From NCBI GenBank assembly GCA_030704615.1, contig CM060731.1, forward strand, positions 52,080,001 to 52,144,000: 64,000 bases of DNA, read 5' to 3'. The DNA is from Takakia lepidozioides. Lineage: Eukaryota > Plantae > Bryophyta. This document shows, piece by piece, positions 24,685 to 37,063 of this stretch. The translations under genes and the position numbers were made by a program. Within the stretch, counting starts at the first letter, position 1. Each line of letters starts with the position of its first letter. The notes beneath the pieces were generated by a model. That model had not been told where the DNA came from, ran no database searches, and was given only the letters and a program-made list of their open reading frames with translations.

Positions 24685-26067
24685 CTTCTTCCTCATCTGA
24701 CTCCTCTTCAGAGTCCTTATCATCCATTTTCTCTCTTCTAAGCATCCCCAATTGCTCAATTCTGTTGGTTGTTTCAAATTCCTTCTCCACTGTATTATGG
24801 GGTAGCATATCCACTTTCTTTTGTAATTCAGGTCTTAATCCACTCACAAACCAGGTCTTCTGTAACCCTGGTGCTGGCACAGCAACCAGCTTTTTCATCA
24901 TAAACTCCATCTTTTCCATGTACTCTTCAACAGTTTCATGCTTCTTTTGCTTTAACTGTTGTAAACTCCCATACACTTCATCCTCAGTTTTGCTTGTCCT
25001 AAACCTATTCCGGAATGCTGTACTAAGGCCATTCCAGGTTAGGAAATGATTATCAGGGAATCTTGCATACCATTCACTTGCTTTCTTTATAAGTGAACAA
25101 GGAAACAGTCTCATCTTGGCATCATCACCATTCTCATTGTTCACAATACACATGTGCTCAAATTGGTTGATGTGTACATTAGGATCCCCTTTCCCTGCAT
25201 ATATTGGAAAAGGTGGTTTTGCCCGTGTTGGAGGTACCGCCATCTGTGGCCCTACACCCTGCCCACTGATAGGTGCTGGTCCTCCTGTTGGTGTTGGTCC
25301 TTGAGGACCTGTTGTTGTAGTGGTGGAACTCCCACCAAGTATTGGCCCTTGAGCACTCCCTGCTACTGGCCCCTAATATTCCTAGCTCCAGTTGCACTAC
25401 TTCCTACAATCCCTGTCCCCCCAGAGCCAGATCCAAGCTGCTCGACTGATCCCCCTGAGCCGACACCTTCGTTGGCTTGTGATTCAAGTGCTCTACTTGA
25501 TCCAGGTCCAACAGGTTGGGATGTCCCGGTTGTAGTCTCAACCTCAACTGTTGGGTCTATTTCTTCATACTCCTCATCTTCCAAATTCTTCTCTCTATTT
25601 TCATCTTCCAAGTTCTTTTCTTGGATTTCTTCTTCTTCACTCATGTAACTCAATTGCAATGGTGTTGGAGAGTCTGAACTCTCCGTTGGCTCTGCCACAT
25701 CCTCCTATCCTTCTTTGTCTTCTACTTCAGAAACTGGAGTTCCTGCATTTGGTGTCCCATGCCAACTCTGATCAAAGATTTCTGTCAAATCTTTGATCCA
25801 GGGATGTACCTCAGATCTCTCCCCTCGTGGTTGATCTTCTTCCTCTATCAAATCCCTTAATCTTTCTTGTAAAGAATAAGAAGGAATGGCATCCAACTCT
25901 GGTTCTTCCGGTATGGGTGATGTACTCTTTGATCTTAATGGTGTGAGAGGTCTAGATGATTCCCCTATGTCTATTCCCCTCTCCCAAAGATATGGATAAT
26001 TAGCTTTCAAATAACTTTCTCTCTTCGTTGAATATCTGTAGAGTCTAGCTTCTCTTTCATCACTCAT
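24685..26067 (-). pseudogene. gag: Gypsy gag, truncated
   Basis: YAGKGDPNVHINQFE..LFPCSL..ASEWY..TWNGLSTAFRNRF..LKQKKHETVEEY (retrotransposon Gag pattern). Confidence 0.88.
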
Positions 26068-26675
26068 GTCCCATGTCTTTCACATCTTTAATGAGGCAAT
26101 AACAAAAACTCTCTTCTGTAATATCTCTCGTATATGCCTGGGTTTCTTTCAAGCTTCAATGCACCCTTGGCTATACTAGAAGTCTCTGTTACCATATAAC
26201 CATATGGCAAACACGTTTGGAAAGTTGTTCTTGGTGTAAGTTTGATCCACAGGATATCCTTAGGAATCCAATTCTTTACCAGTACTAATTCTTCGTGCAT
26301 ATGAGTGTAAACATTCACTTTCTGTTCCTCCCAGCCTTCAAACTCCACTCGTTTAATGGATAGCAATGCTATCACATAAATTAGTGTCGGTAACCAACTT
26401 GCTCTCCCTCTACATGCCACTTGATAAATCTTTATCACTCCTTTCTCCAGACCCCACTCAGGATCAGCATCATGCACTCTCTTAAGAATATTTTTTTTGC
26501 AACCGTCTGGTAATTCCAATAACCTCTGAAAGAATTGTTTGGACAACCTTTCTTTCTCAGTTCCACAGGGAATTTGATTCACATCAAATTCTTTAATTCT
26601 CCATCCACCATGATCCCACCAGATGCCTGTCACATCTGGTTGTTCCTGACCCAGTTCCCCAGTATGGTCGCCAAA

Positions 26676-27699
26676 TGTTGAGCGGCTTTTACTCACCCAT
26701 CCCTTCGCTATCCGAGGTGGGAACTCCAAGATAGAAGAGTTGGATATCTCTATGCACTCAGCCTGCTCAGAACAATCAGTCATGACCTATAGCTAGTGTA
26801 TCATGGTTGTGTTTCCTGTTTGTATTTCTTCTTGCCTTCATGTTAGCAATTTACCCTACTGTGTATACTTAAGCATCAAATTGCTTCAGTATCTTTCAGG
26901 TTCCATTCATGCATCCATTCATTCCACAGCTTCACTCAAGTCTCTCTACACAACTGTGTGTTTGTATCGAATAAGTATCAGATTAAGACTTATCACATAT
27001 TAGGCCGAAGCCATGGTGTCCCTAGCCTGCTCTACGGTATATCACTACAGCTTTGCATGTATCAAGCATCTACTGATCATCTCTCTTCCTTCATTGTGCT
27101 CTCCATCCTTGCTCCCGTTCATGCTCTCCGCCTGATCTCCTCCCATCAATGACCAAGAAGTGCTTCCCGATAAGTGTCCTCCATGTCGCTGCTTTGCTTA
27201 ATTTATCTGCAAGCTATTCTTATCGCCTAACTAACTAACTGTCATCCAAGAAATAAGCATGTTCCCTCTGCAGATGTCGTTCCTACACAGTCATTCCCTG
27301 CCAATGATAACCGTTCCCTATGTACATTGTGACGGTTGTGCCAAGCTGTATCGGGCTGTGACTGTGCCGAGCTGTGACTGGCTGTGTCGGACTGTGACTG
27401 GCTGTGCAAAGCTGTGTTGGGCTGTGTCGTGCTGTGTCGGACTGTGACTGGCTGTGCGAAGCTGTGCTGGGCTGTGATAGACTGTGACTAATTGTGATAG
27501 GCTGTGATTGACTGTGACAGACTGTGTAAGGCTGTGTCGGGTTGTGTAAGACTGTGTATGGCTGTGTCTGACTGTGCAACCTTGTGTACCACCCCCTAAG
27601 CCTGTGTTGGTCTAAGTCTACCATCGTAAGTCTACGCAAAAATTAAGGGTACCCCACAGAACCCGTAAAAGTGTCTAAGTTCCAGACAGCCCTCTAACG
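26676..27699 (-). mobile_element. 5' LTR of the extra-ORF gypsy family with PBS at 26656-26673
   Basis: LTR homology, PBS and downstream gag; the outer terminal base is mutated. Confidence 0.9.
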
Positions 27700-30533
27700 G
27701 TCTCCTGTTGACGGGACGATGTACCGGGATGCATACCGGCCTGCTGCTGGGATGGCGCTGAAGTGGACGCCTGCTGCCCTCCCTGCACCCTTACATCCTG
27801 AGGGGGAGACCACGTATTAGAAGAACCCTGGGCTATCTGAGCCGCAGGATTTGAATCGGTTGCTCAGGAATTTTGTCCCATAGCTGCATTGCCCCCAGAA
27901 TATGATGGGTCTGCCTGATCTGTTCTAGGCCGCTGCGCTATCTGTGTTGGAGTAGCAAAATATATGCTATGCTATTGTGGTAGAGGGTTGGGTGGTTCAG
28001 TGGTATACTGATCCGGGAAGGGTGCTCGCTGCCCTTCCAAGTTCTTCTCTACTTGTTGAATGGTGACCGGCGTAGGCTGGTCCACTTGTCTATGAGGACA
28101 TTTGTCCAAGGGATGACCTCGCTGGCCATAGTGCAAACACACAATGTCACTCCAATAATTTTCAGTTGGGTGAGTGGTTCTTCCGCACTTTTGACATCCT
28201 CTACGAGATTGATTGAATTGCCTTTTTGGTTTATCTTGAAAAGTTGGGTTCCGGCTTACCTGCCTTTCCCGAATGGGATAAGGACATTGAGACGCATGTC
28301 CCACGTTGTTGCAATTGGAACACCATACCTTGGCCGGGTTGGGGCCGGACCCTCCAATTGGGGCCGCATCTCGGTACCCCACATAGCTGGTAATCTGCTG
28401 ACCGATTGAGCTCATGCGGTCGCCTATTGTTTCAATGGTCTTGATGAGAGAAGTGACTTGTGCCTCTAGATGGCCCACTCGCAAATCGGATTGCCCGCTT
28501 GAATCTGCCTGTGAGTTGGTAGGAACAACATTCGTGTATTGCGGCACCGTTGGCGCTACTACGGGTGTCGGGGACGCTGCTGGGGCGTAGGGTCTTACTC
28601 CTCCTACATAAGATGGCGTGTAATGCTGCGCGGGCTGGATTACCGCTAATGGTGCTGGCTCCTGCGCGGGCTCGATTGAACTGTACGATGGTAGAGCAAA
28701 GTCGGGCATCTTAGCTCGTTGTACTTGGCGATGCATGTTGTCAAATTCCTTGCCCACTTGAATAGCATCTACCAAAGTTGCAGGTCTTTGCTGCAAAACA
28801 TGAAAGTGAGTGGCCTCTCGTAATCCACTCAAAAAATAATCTTTGAGTACCCCATCATCTAGGGGGGTCAAAGGGTTTTGGAGTCGCATAAGCTCCCTGC
28901 ACTACTACGTTTAGGGGGGTTAGCGACGCCAGGACCCCGGGCGCGCCGGACGCGCCGACCCCTCTGCGATTGCAGCGTTGCACAGGCGCCCGGCCCGGGA
29001 TTTGCGACGTCGGGGTGTCGCAACGCCAGTGCTCGGACGACGTTGTGGCATCTTGCCATGCCATGCCGTCGCCGGAAAAGGGCCTGACCTCATTCCCCCG
29101 CCAACGCATTGGGGGGGTGCGACGCCCTGACGTCGCAACAATTTGCTGCGACGCCGGGGAATCCCAACGAGGTGTCGCAGTGCCGCAGCCCAGCGACGGC
29201 CGGGCGCTCCTGCGACGGCGGGGAATCACAATGCCAAAAAAAAAAAAAAAAAAAAAAAAACCCATTTTTTTTTATTTGTTTTTTTTCTTTTTGCGATTCC
29301 CCGCCGTCGCAGGAGCGCCCGGGCGTCGCAAATGCGTCGCTGGGGCTGTGGCGCTGCGATTCCCCGGCGTCCTGGGGGCGTCGCGGAAAAATTGATTCTA
29401 GGAGTAGATTGTAGAGCATAATGGGTTTGGCATCCTTAGACTATAGCCATTGTCCAACAATAAGTTGAAATGCAGCTTTGCAAAACTTAGGCCATTAATA
29501 GATATTTGTTCTTGAAGAACTCTAGGGACAAGTCTCGGTGCAAGTTCCAGCTGTGAGAGCTCCTGTAGAGTACGCATAATCTGCAACACAATGATATGAT
29601 TGAGATAGTGGTAGTTACTAGGAGCTAACTCTTGATATGTATATATATACTTGAACTGCTTTTCTGATACATAGATGTATTGTAGATTTATTGGTTAGTG
29701 TGCAGTGTCTTGGAAATGTTATAATGTGGAGGTCCTAGGTTCAAATATGCATTGCCTAATATATGTAGAACAATGCATGAACTGCCATTGGAACAAACCG
29801 GAGTCAATGGTCAATTAGTTTTTGAAATTCAAAATTCAAATTCAAATTCAAAATTTCCCACCTAAATTCAAATATACCCCCCTACTGTGACGTCTGGGGG
29901 TCGCATTTACGACCCCCGGACGTCCCTAATGCAACGTCGCAGAAAAAAACGTTTTTTTTTTTTTTTTTTGTCGCAAGTCGCGCCGGTGCCGCGGCCGGGG
30001 GTCCTGGGGGGTTTGCGATTCCCCGATGACGCTAATTAGCGACGTTCCAAGAGCGACTTCCTGACGTCGCAAAATGCCCCCGGCGCGTCCCGGGCGCCGT
30101 AGAGTATTTCCATCGCTAATCGCGGCGGTTGGAGGTCGCTGGGGCATCACTAAACCCCCCCAAACGTAGTAGTGCTGAATTGCATCTCGAAGTCTGCTAC
30201 CTCCTCTGTGGGGCCTTGACGAATCCTTGCCAGTGCCATCAAGACACTGGTGAACTGGTGGACTACCCGAAAATGATCTAGAAATGCGTCCCGAATCTGC
30301 TGCCAAGTAATAAATATCCTGGAGCCTGTTGCCAATACCAAATAGATGCTCTTCCCCTCATGGTTGTGGGAACTATATCAGCCAATATGCATCATTTAGT
30401 GCTTGGTTAGAGTAGTAACATTGAATGAAGCTTTTCACATGATATTCTGGATTTTCATGTGCTTCCCCAGATAACCAAGGCAGATGTCTGGGCAATGTGA
30501 GCGGGGGTAATCCTGCTGGAACCACAATGTGTA
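27700..30533 (-). pseudogene. gag: gag fragment of another LTR retrotransposon (three zinc knuckles), split by the CACTA element
   Basis: ENPEYHVKSF, RIRQGPTEEVADF, YFLSGLR, CSNCNNVGH, CQKCGRTTH; the frame rejoins across 28900-30174. Confidence 0.8.
28900..30174. mobile_element. Non-autonomous CACTA (En/Spm) element, 1275 bp
   Basis: TIR CACTACTACGTTT(A/G)GGGGGGTT, 3-bp TSD CTG (28897-28899 and 30175-30177), GCGACG/CGTCGC subterminal repeats, AT-rich core. Confidence 0.97.
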
Positions 30534-30682
30534 TGTCGTGCGCATACATATCGCTACACAACTACATCGCTGTCCAAAACCACACAACACATGTGCACAC
30601 CAAACACTAGTCTATCATTAGTCTACCACTAGTGCACCATTAGGCTGACACTAGACAACCACTAGTGCAGCCACTAGTCCAC
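30534..30682 (-). mobile_element. LTR fragment of the PHD-gypsy family
   Basis: Matches 36949 onward (TGTCGTG..CCACTAG repeats). Confidence 0.8.
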
Positions 30683-31217
30683 CTCCAATTAGTTTATGGT
30701 ATGGAAGCTTTACTTCCAGTGGAATTCCTGTTACCTACCATGAGAACGGAATGGGGAAAGAGAATGGAATTGCAAGATTCAATTAGGTCAGGAAACATGA
30801 ATTACCATGTGGAAGAAGTACGTGCTGATGCAGCTGATAACATGACCAGAATTCAGATGAAGAGAAAGGAACAGTTTGATGAAGGCAAGATAAAGACTTT
30901 TAAGACGGAATTTTTGGTTATCTGGTTGCAGAAGAAGGGAAAGATTAAAGCTTCTAAGCTTAAATCACCATGGAAAGGACATATAGAAGATGTATGATAA
31001 CAACACCGCCATGTTACAAACCATTAACAAAGAGATACTGAGAAGAGTCAATGCCAATAAGTTGAAGGGGTACAGTGATATCCATGACAAACCATTGCAG
31101 CATGATTTGGATGTTGAAACGCAAAAGCAGTCATGGGCTGCGCCAGTGATACCAACAGAGTATGGAGCACTTGTCGCTAGGCCGAGCGTATATGACCAGG
31201 GCGGGCAGTACATGCGT

Positions 31218-31530
31218 GACACAACCTATCACAGCCCAGCACAGCGCGACACAGCATATCATAGCCTAGCACGGCGCAACACAGCCTATCACAGCCCAGC
31301 ACACGCGAGCGCACGGCGCAACACAGCCTATCACAGCCCACCACGACGCGACATAGCATATCACAGCCCAACATGGTGCAACACAGCCTATTACAGCCCA
31401 GCACGGTGCAACACAGCCTATCATAGCCCATCACAGCGTGTCACAGCCTATCACAGCTTACCACAATGCCACACAGCCTATCACAGCATACCACAGTATG
31501 ACACAGCCTGTCACAGCACAACACAGCCTA
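31218..31530. repeat. 30-bp tandem repeat (ACACAGCCTATCACAGCCCAGCACGGCGCA-like), about 10 units
   Basis: Directly visible; translates as xTAYHSPxxx. Confidence 0.9.
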
Positions 31531-31799
31531 CTAGGGTTACACAATCCATAGGATCAGTGACAGATGGACGTGGGTTAACATCCGGAGAGTGGCCAGCGGA
31601 AAAGTGGACAAAGACACATGTAGAAATGGACACGTGGACGCCAGGGCGAGACACATAGCCGGACATGGATTGCAAAGGCGACTGTCATCGAGGGAAAAGA
31701 CCAAATTGGCCGTCAAAGTACCTACCCGGCACATTAACTTATTATGGGCCCATTAATGCATATGGGGAAAGGGTAACGGAACCCTTTAAAAGTACCGAA

Positions 31800-34700
31800 A
31801 AGCGAAATCCATGTCACATGTGCTATCCTAGTGGACAGTCCAGAGTGGAAAATCCATGGAAGGAAATTAAATCTAAAATCCAGTCACAGCACACAGCGTT
31901 ACAGCCAATCATAAGCCAGAAGCAGGATCAAGAAATTGGAGGATTTTAGCGCAAGAGTCGGCGTCGTTCCAAGTAACGGGCGTCACGACGGGACAGACCA
32001 TCAATGCTATAACTTTGAAGCTATGGAGGAACTAACAGACTATACGCTCGCGATACTACTTACGCAGTGGCACGGGGATAGAAGAACAGAGAGTATCTTT
32101 TCTCTTAATCGATGCTTACAAGCCCCGCAGGCTTACAAGAAATTACCCATAGCATTTTGTGGCAACCATACGTTTATGCTTTGTGCCCTGCAGGCATTTC
32201 TTCAATTGTTACAGCCAAAACCTTTCTGTGGGTCTAGAGTGAGAGGAATGGAAGAAATCAAGGTGAAGAGCACCACAATCCTGCAGAAACAAACGATTGC
32301 TACTCCACAGGCGGTACAGTTACTGAAGGAGCTGCGCATTAGAAGGATTGCAAAGCAAAGATTGGACATTGCACCATAGGCAGTACATGTTACAATTCTT
32401 GCAGAACTTTGAGCCTAGGACATGAGCAACAACGGTGAAGGGAGTTGAATTAGAAATTACTCCCTATACCTACAGCAATTGTTTGAATTGCCATCAGGTC
32501 AGGTGCATGTGGAGGAGCACAGGGCAAGACTGCAAATAGGGGACTTATTCCAAGAAGGGAGTTTCTTTAAAACTCAAGGTTATGCTTGTACCAAGGCTGT
32601 CTACCCAGGGCTAAGGGAGGTAGGCCAGGTATTGAACGTTCTGTTTGCCATGAAACAGAACCAACAGTATTTGAGCAGATCCTTTACAGAGGAAATACTC
32701 AAAGCCCTGAGAGGAGAAGAGGTAGCATGGGCGGACATAATGTACAACGCACTGGTAGAGGAGATGAAAAGATTATAGGGCACTACCGCAAAGTCTCCTA
32801 TCATAGTGTCTGGCCCAATCATTGCTCAAATAATTCTTGATTCTTGCATATTTGATGCTCGGGAAAGAAAGGAGATGGGAGTGTTTGAGGCCGAAACCAC
32901 TGCAATGGAAGAGCAAGGCTCTTCACACAGTGAGGGTGGACTTGGCAGGGCAACCCCAGTCTAAGAGACAGAGGCGGGGAAAGACTGTAGTGGCGGATCC
33001 ACTGGCTTCACGGAAACCGCATGATAATGTTTCCCAAGCTCTTGTGCAGGAAGGGGCACAGCAGCACAAAGAGCTGTTATTGGAAGCAGGGCCTTCAGAG
33101 AGGGAAGAGGAAGTTACTTCAGTATCACAGCCATCACAGCCAGATGATTTGCTTGTCACAGTTACCCACAAGTTGTCCATGCAGTTCCACCACAAATAAT
33201 TGATTTGGAGAAAGAAGGGTTAGATATCCCCACTATAGAACAGGTGGTGGCAGAAATTGAGAAGGGGGACCTTCTCTATGAAAATTCTGGTTTGGCCAGG
33301 GAAACAATGATTGCAGAGGTGTAGCGGTTGTCCAGGGGAAACCCTGTTGTGCATATAATACACACACCTGTGACGGAGGTACCACAGGTAGATGTCAAGA
33401 CACTGCAGCACCTGGGACGGATGAAGTGGTTCAGGAAGAAAATCTGGTGGGGCAATGGCCTGAATGGTTCGTGAGGCATCACAGTGTTGAGGATTAGGGA
33501 GAACAGCAGCAAGCTCACCATGATGACCCTCAACAGGCCATGCTTATGAGTTCCATAAGCAGGACACTTAATTTGTTGGGCACTTATGTCAAATCCCATG
33601 TTCCAACTACCCAATTGACAGCTTTGAGGGAGGAACTCAGGAAGGAGTTTGAGGCTCGACTTGCCACTGAGTGTGCAAACAAGGTCGATGAGGAGGTCAC
33701 TCTCAAGATACAACAAGACTTAGAGAGTACAAAAGCTGCTTTGCAATTGGCCAAGGAACAATTGATTGAGGCAGGCCTCGCGCAAGACCAGTTGCACGAA
33801 GCACATAAGCAACAGCTATACCAAATGCAGGTGAAGCATGAAAGCAAGTTGCAAGAAGTGAATGCACTACATACGGAGTTGCAGACAGTGCATGATAGGA
33901 TGGTCATACAATATGCTACACTCACAACTACGCTTGAGCACACTACATTAGAAGTTAACAGTCAAGCGGAAAGATGTACGAAGGCAGAGGCAGAGAATGT
34001 CGAGCAAGCAAAACTCATTGTTGATATGAAGAATACAATCTGTCGCAATGAGAATACTTTCAAGCAATACAGGCAGGTTGAAGCTGACCAAGAGAGGTAC
34101 ATCCTGGAGTTGCAACAAACGCTCATGGTAAATAGAAATGAACTCTCTGTGGCTAACAAGGCTCGGAAAGAAGCCAATAATCTGGCTGCTGCCTATGCGA
34201 GTTTGGTTGAACCTCATGCAAAGCGCATGGAGGCTTTACAGCAGCAGATAGATGTGTACAGGCTCAAAGAGGAGCAAACTCTCAGGGGTGCCGCAAGCAA
34301 CTTGGTGTATAACCACCTTATGCAGGTCTGGTTAGCACAAGGGCCGGTGGAGGGCAAAGCACCACGAAAGCTCACCCAAAGCGAGATGAATGAGCTCAGA
34401 CTGCAAGTGTAGAACATTGCCACAACTACTATAGACAATGTCTATAGTAGGATAGCGGAGTTACAGGAGGATGTAGACGGCCTGCAGACTCAGGTGGAGG
34501 ACCTCACTTCAAATATCAACAAGAGAGTCTTTGTACCTGAGGAATAGCTGATGGCTTCTTATTTACAAGCCAGAACTTTGGCTTTTCAGTCTTCTTCGCA
34601 GGGGGTGCAGGAGATGCCAATGGTACAAGAGCCAGTGCCACCAACACCACAACAAGTCACTGTGCCAGGAGTTGATCCTGTTGTTACTACAGCTACACCA

Positions 34701-35700
34701 CAGCCACCACAGCCTGAGGTATGGGGGAATGCTGCTTTTAACCCACCTAAAACTCCTGTTGCACGGGAGTACAGTCGGGCTATGATTATGCCCTTCAACC
34801 AAATTCCCATTGTGTTGGATTTGGCTTGGAAGGAATTTAGTCCTCCGCAGTCGTTGGCACATTACTATCAAATCATGCGCATTTGGCTGCCAGTGGCAAC
34901 TAGGACTTCTTCCGAACAATCGACCAATTGAGGATCATCACTTTGCGCAGTACTGACATGAGGCAAGTACCATAATGAAGGAATTAATTGCCTTCCAAGT
35001 TGTACATGGATTCATCTATACCAAGACCAAAGAGGTAGCAAGTATTGTCATGGGCTGCGGGTTATACTACGCTGCTTATTTTCTAGTACGTTATCACATT
35101 GAGCAGCAGAAGATGCAAACGCGCTTTCTGAGTTATTCCAGTGGGGATCATTGGGTCTTACCTTCAGTGCCACCTCATATGTACCTATATGAGGCAAAAG
35201 TTATGATGCAAAAGGATTCTTAGATTCGTTCATGGTTTCATGCGGCCTGGAACAATTTGTCAACACAGAAATTCGGCCCTAACGATATTTTCGTTAAGGG
35301 ACATGAGGCATGGAAATACTTGCACAATTCACAAGTCATTGGTACCCCGCTCACCTGGACAGACAAGGAGCTCAGGGTCTTCACCAATTTTGCAATTCAG
35401 CGCTTACAACAAGTTTTACAGTTTAAACTTCCAGACATGGTGGGACAACATTGTATGCCCCAGAGAATTCCAGTTAGAGTTCGACCGTTAAAACACCTCA
35501 GGGGGGACGAGGATTCTGATACTACTGTTTCTTCAGCGGACTCTTTTGACATGGCAGAGGACTATGCAATTCAGATGGCAGAGAAGAAGCGACGGGGGTC
35601 TCCTATGCCTGAAAGATTACCTCGATATCAGCCTCCAGAGGGACTGACATATCCAGGTAGTGTTCAATAATCTCTGTCAACCAGTGATAGACCTCGGGCT
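31800..35700 (+). pseudogene. Extra ORF copy 2 (coiled-coil)
   Basis: Collinear with copies 1 and 3; stops and frameshifts. Confidence 0.8.
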
Positions 35701-37063
35701 CGCACACACAGTCCTTCACGAGACTCTCAACGTCAGAAGGGTGTTCGCTCACAAAGGTTTGCTAATCCCAAATAGTAAACCGTGAGGACACGGCTTTTTG
35801 AGAGGGGAAGGGGTAATGTTAGAGGACTGTCTGGGACTTAGGCACTTTTACGGGATCTGTGGGGTACCCTTAATTTTTGCACAGATTGAGACCAACAGGA
35901 GCCTTAGGGGTGACAGCAGCGCACTTTAGGATGGGGTTACACAGCCCGTCACAGCCAACATAGCCCATCACAGTTCAACACAGCCCGTCACAGCCAACAC
36001 AGCCATCACAGTTCAACACAGCCCGTCACAGCCAACACAGCCCATCACAGTTCAACACAGCCCGTCACAGTCCGTCACAGCTAGACACAGCCCGACACAA
36101 CCCAACACAGTCGCACAGCCAGTCACAGCCCGTCACAGTTTCACACAGCCAGTCACAGCTTGACACAGCTGTCACGACCATAGGGAACGGATAGCAGGAC
36201 AGGGGACGACTGTGGGGAACAACATTTGCGAATGGAACATGTTAGTTCACGGATGACGGTTAGTGAGGGAAACGGTTAGAACAACGGGTAGGAAGATAAA
36301 GCCAGGAGCGAGGACTGGAAAATGATCACTTTTGGGGGAAGATGATCACTTCTGGAAGGACTTTTGGGGGAAGAGGATCACTTCTGGAAGGACTTCGGGG
36401 GGGGGGATCACAACTTGGAAATGAAGCGGAGAGCGCATCTTTGAGAGAAAGAGGAAGAGCACGGAGTAGGAGGAGAACGATCTGTTGATACTTGCTGAAT
36501 GCAAGAAGTAAAGTTGTAATGTAGAGTAGAATAGAGACACCATGGCTTCAGCCTGATACTTGATAGATATTAATTTGATACATACTTCATACTCACACTG
36601 TGTAGAGAGACCTAAGTGAAGCTGTGGAATGAATGGATGGAACTTGATAGATTTCTGAAGCAAACTGATACTTAATTGCAGATAGTAAGGTAACTCGCTA
36701 ACATGAATGCGGGAAGGAGTACAAATAGGAAACACCCCCATGATACACTAGCTGTAGGTCATGACTGATTGTTCTGAGCGGGTTGAGTGCTTAGAGATTT
36801 CCAACTCTTCTATCTTGGAGTTCCCACCTCGGATAGCGAAGGGATGGGTGAGTAAAAGCCGCGCGACAGGTTAATCCCAAATATCAATATATAAAAGGCT
36901 AGTTATTTCCTAGCTAACTTCACACTAGTGGTAAAATAACTTGACAACTGTCGTGCACATACATATCGCTACACAACTACATCACTGTCCAAAACCACAC
37001 AACACATGTGCACACCAAACACTAGTCTATCACTAGTCCACCACTAGTGCACCACTAGGCTGC

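Larger units (their letters stand above)
30683..36868 (+). mobile_element. 3' half of an extra-ORF gypsy element: integrase C-terminus, CACAG repeats, extra ORF, PPT, complete 3' LTR (35817-36868)
   Basis: LVYGMEALLPVEF..KLKSPWKG integrase tail; PPT GAGAGGGGAAGGGG; TGTTAGAGG..CGCGACA. Confidence 0.88.

Noticed and set aside
35770-35785. AATAGTAAACC resembling the MULE terminus
   Set aside because: Part of the conserved pre-PPT sequence of the retroelement (also ~23838); no CTCATG context
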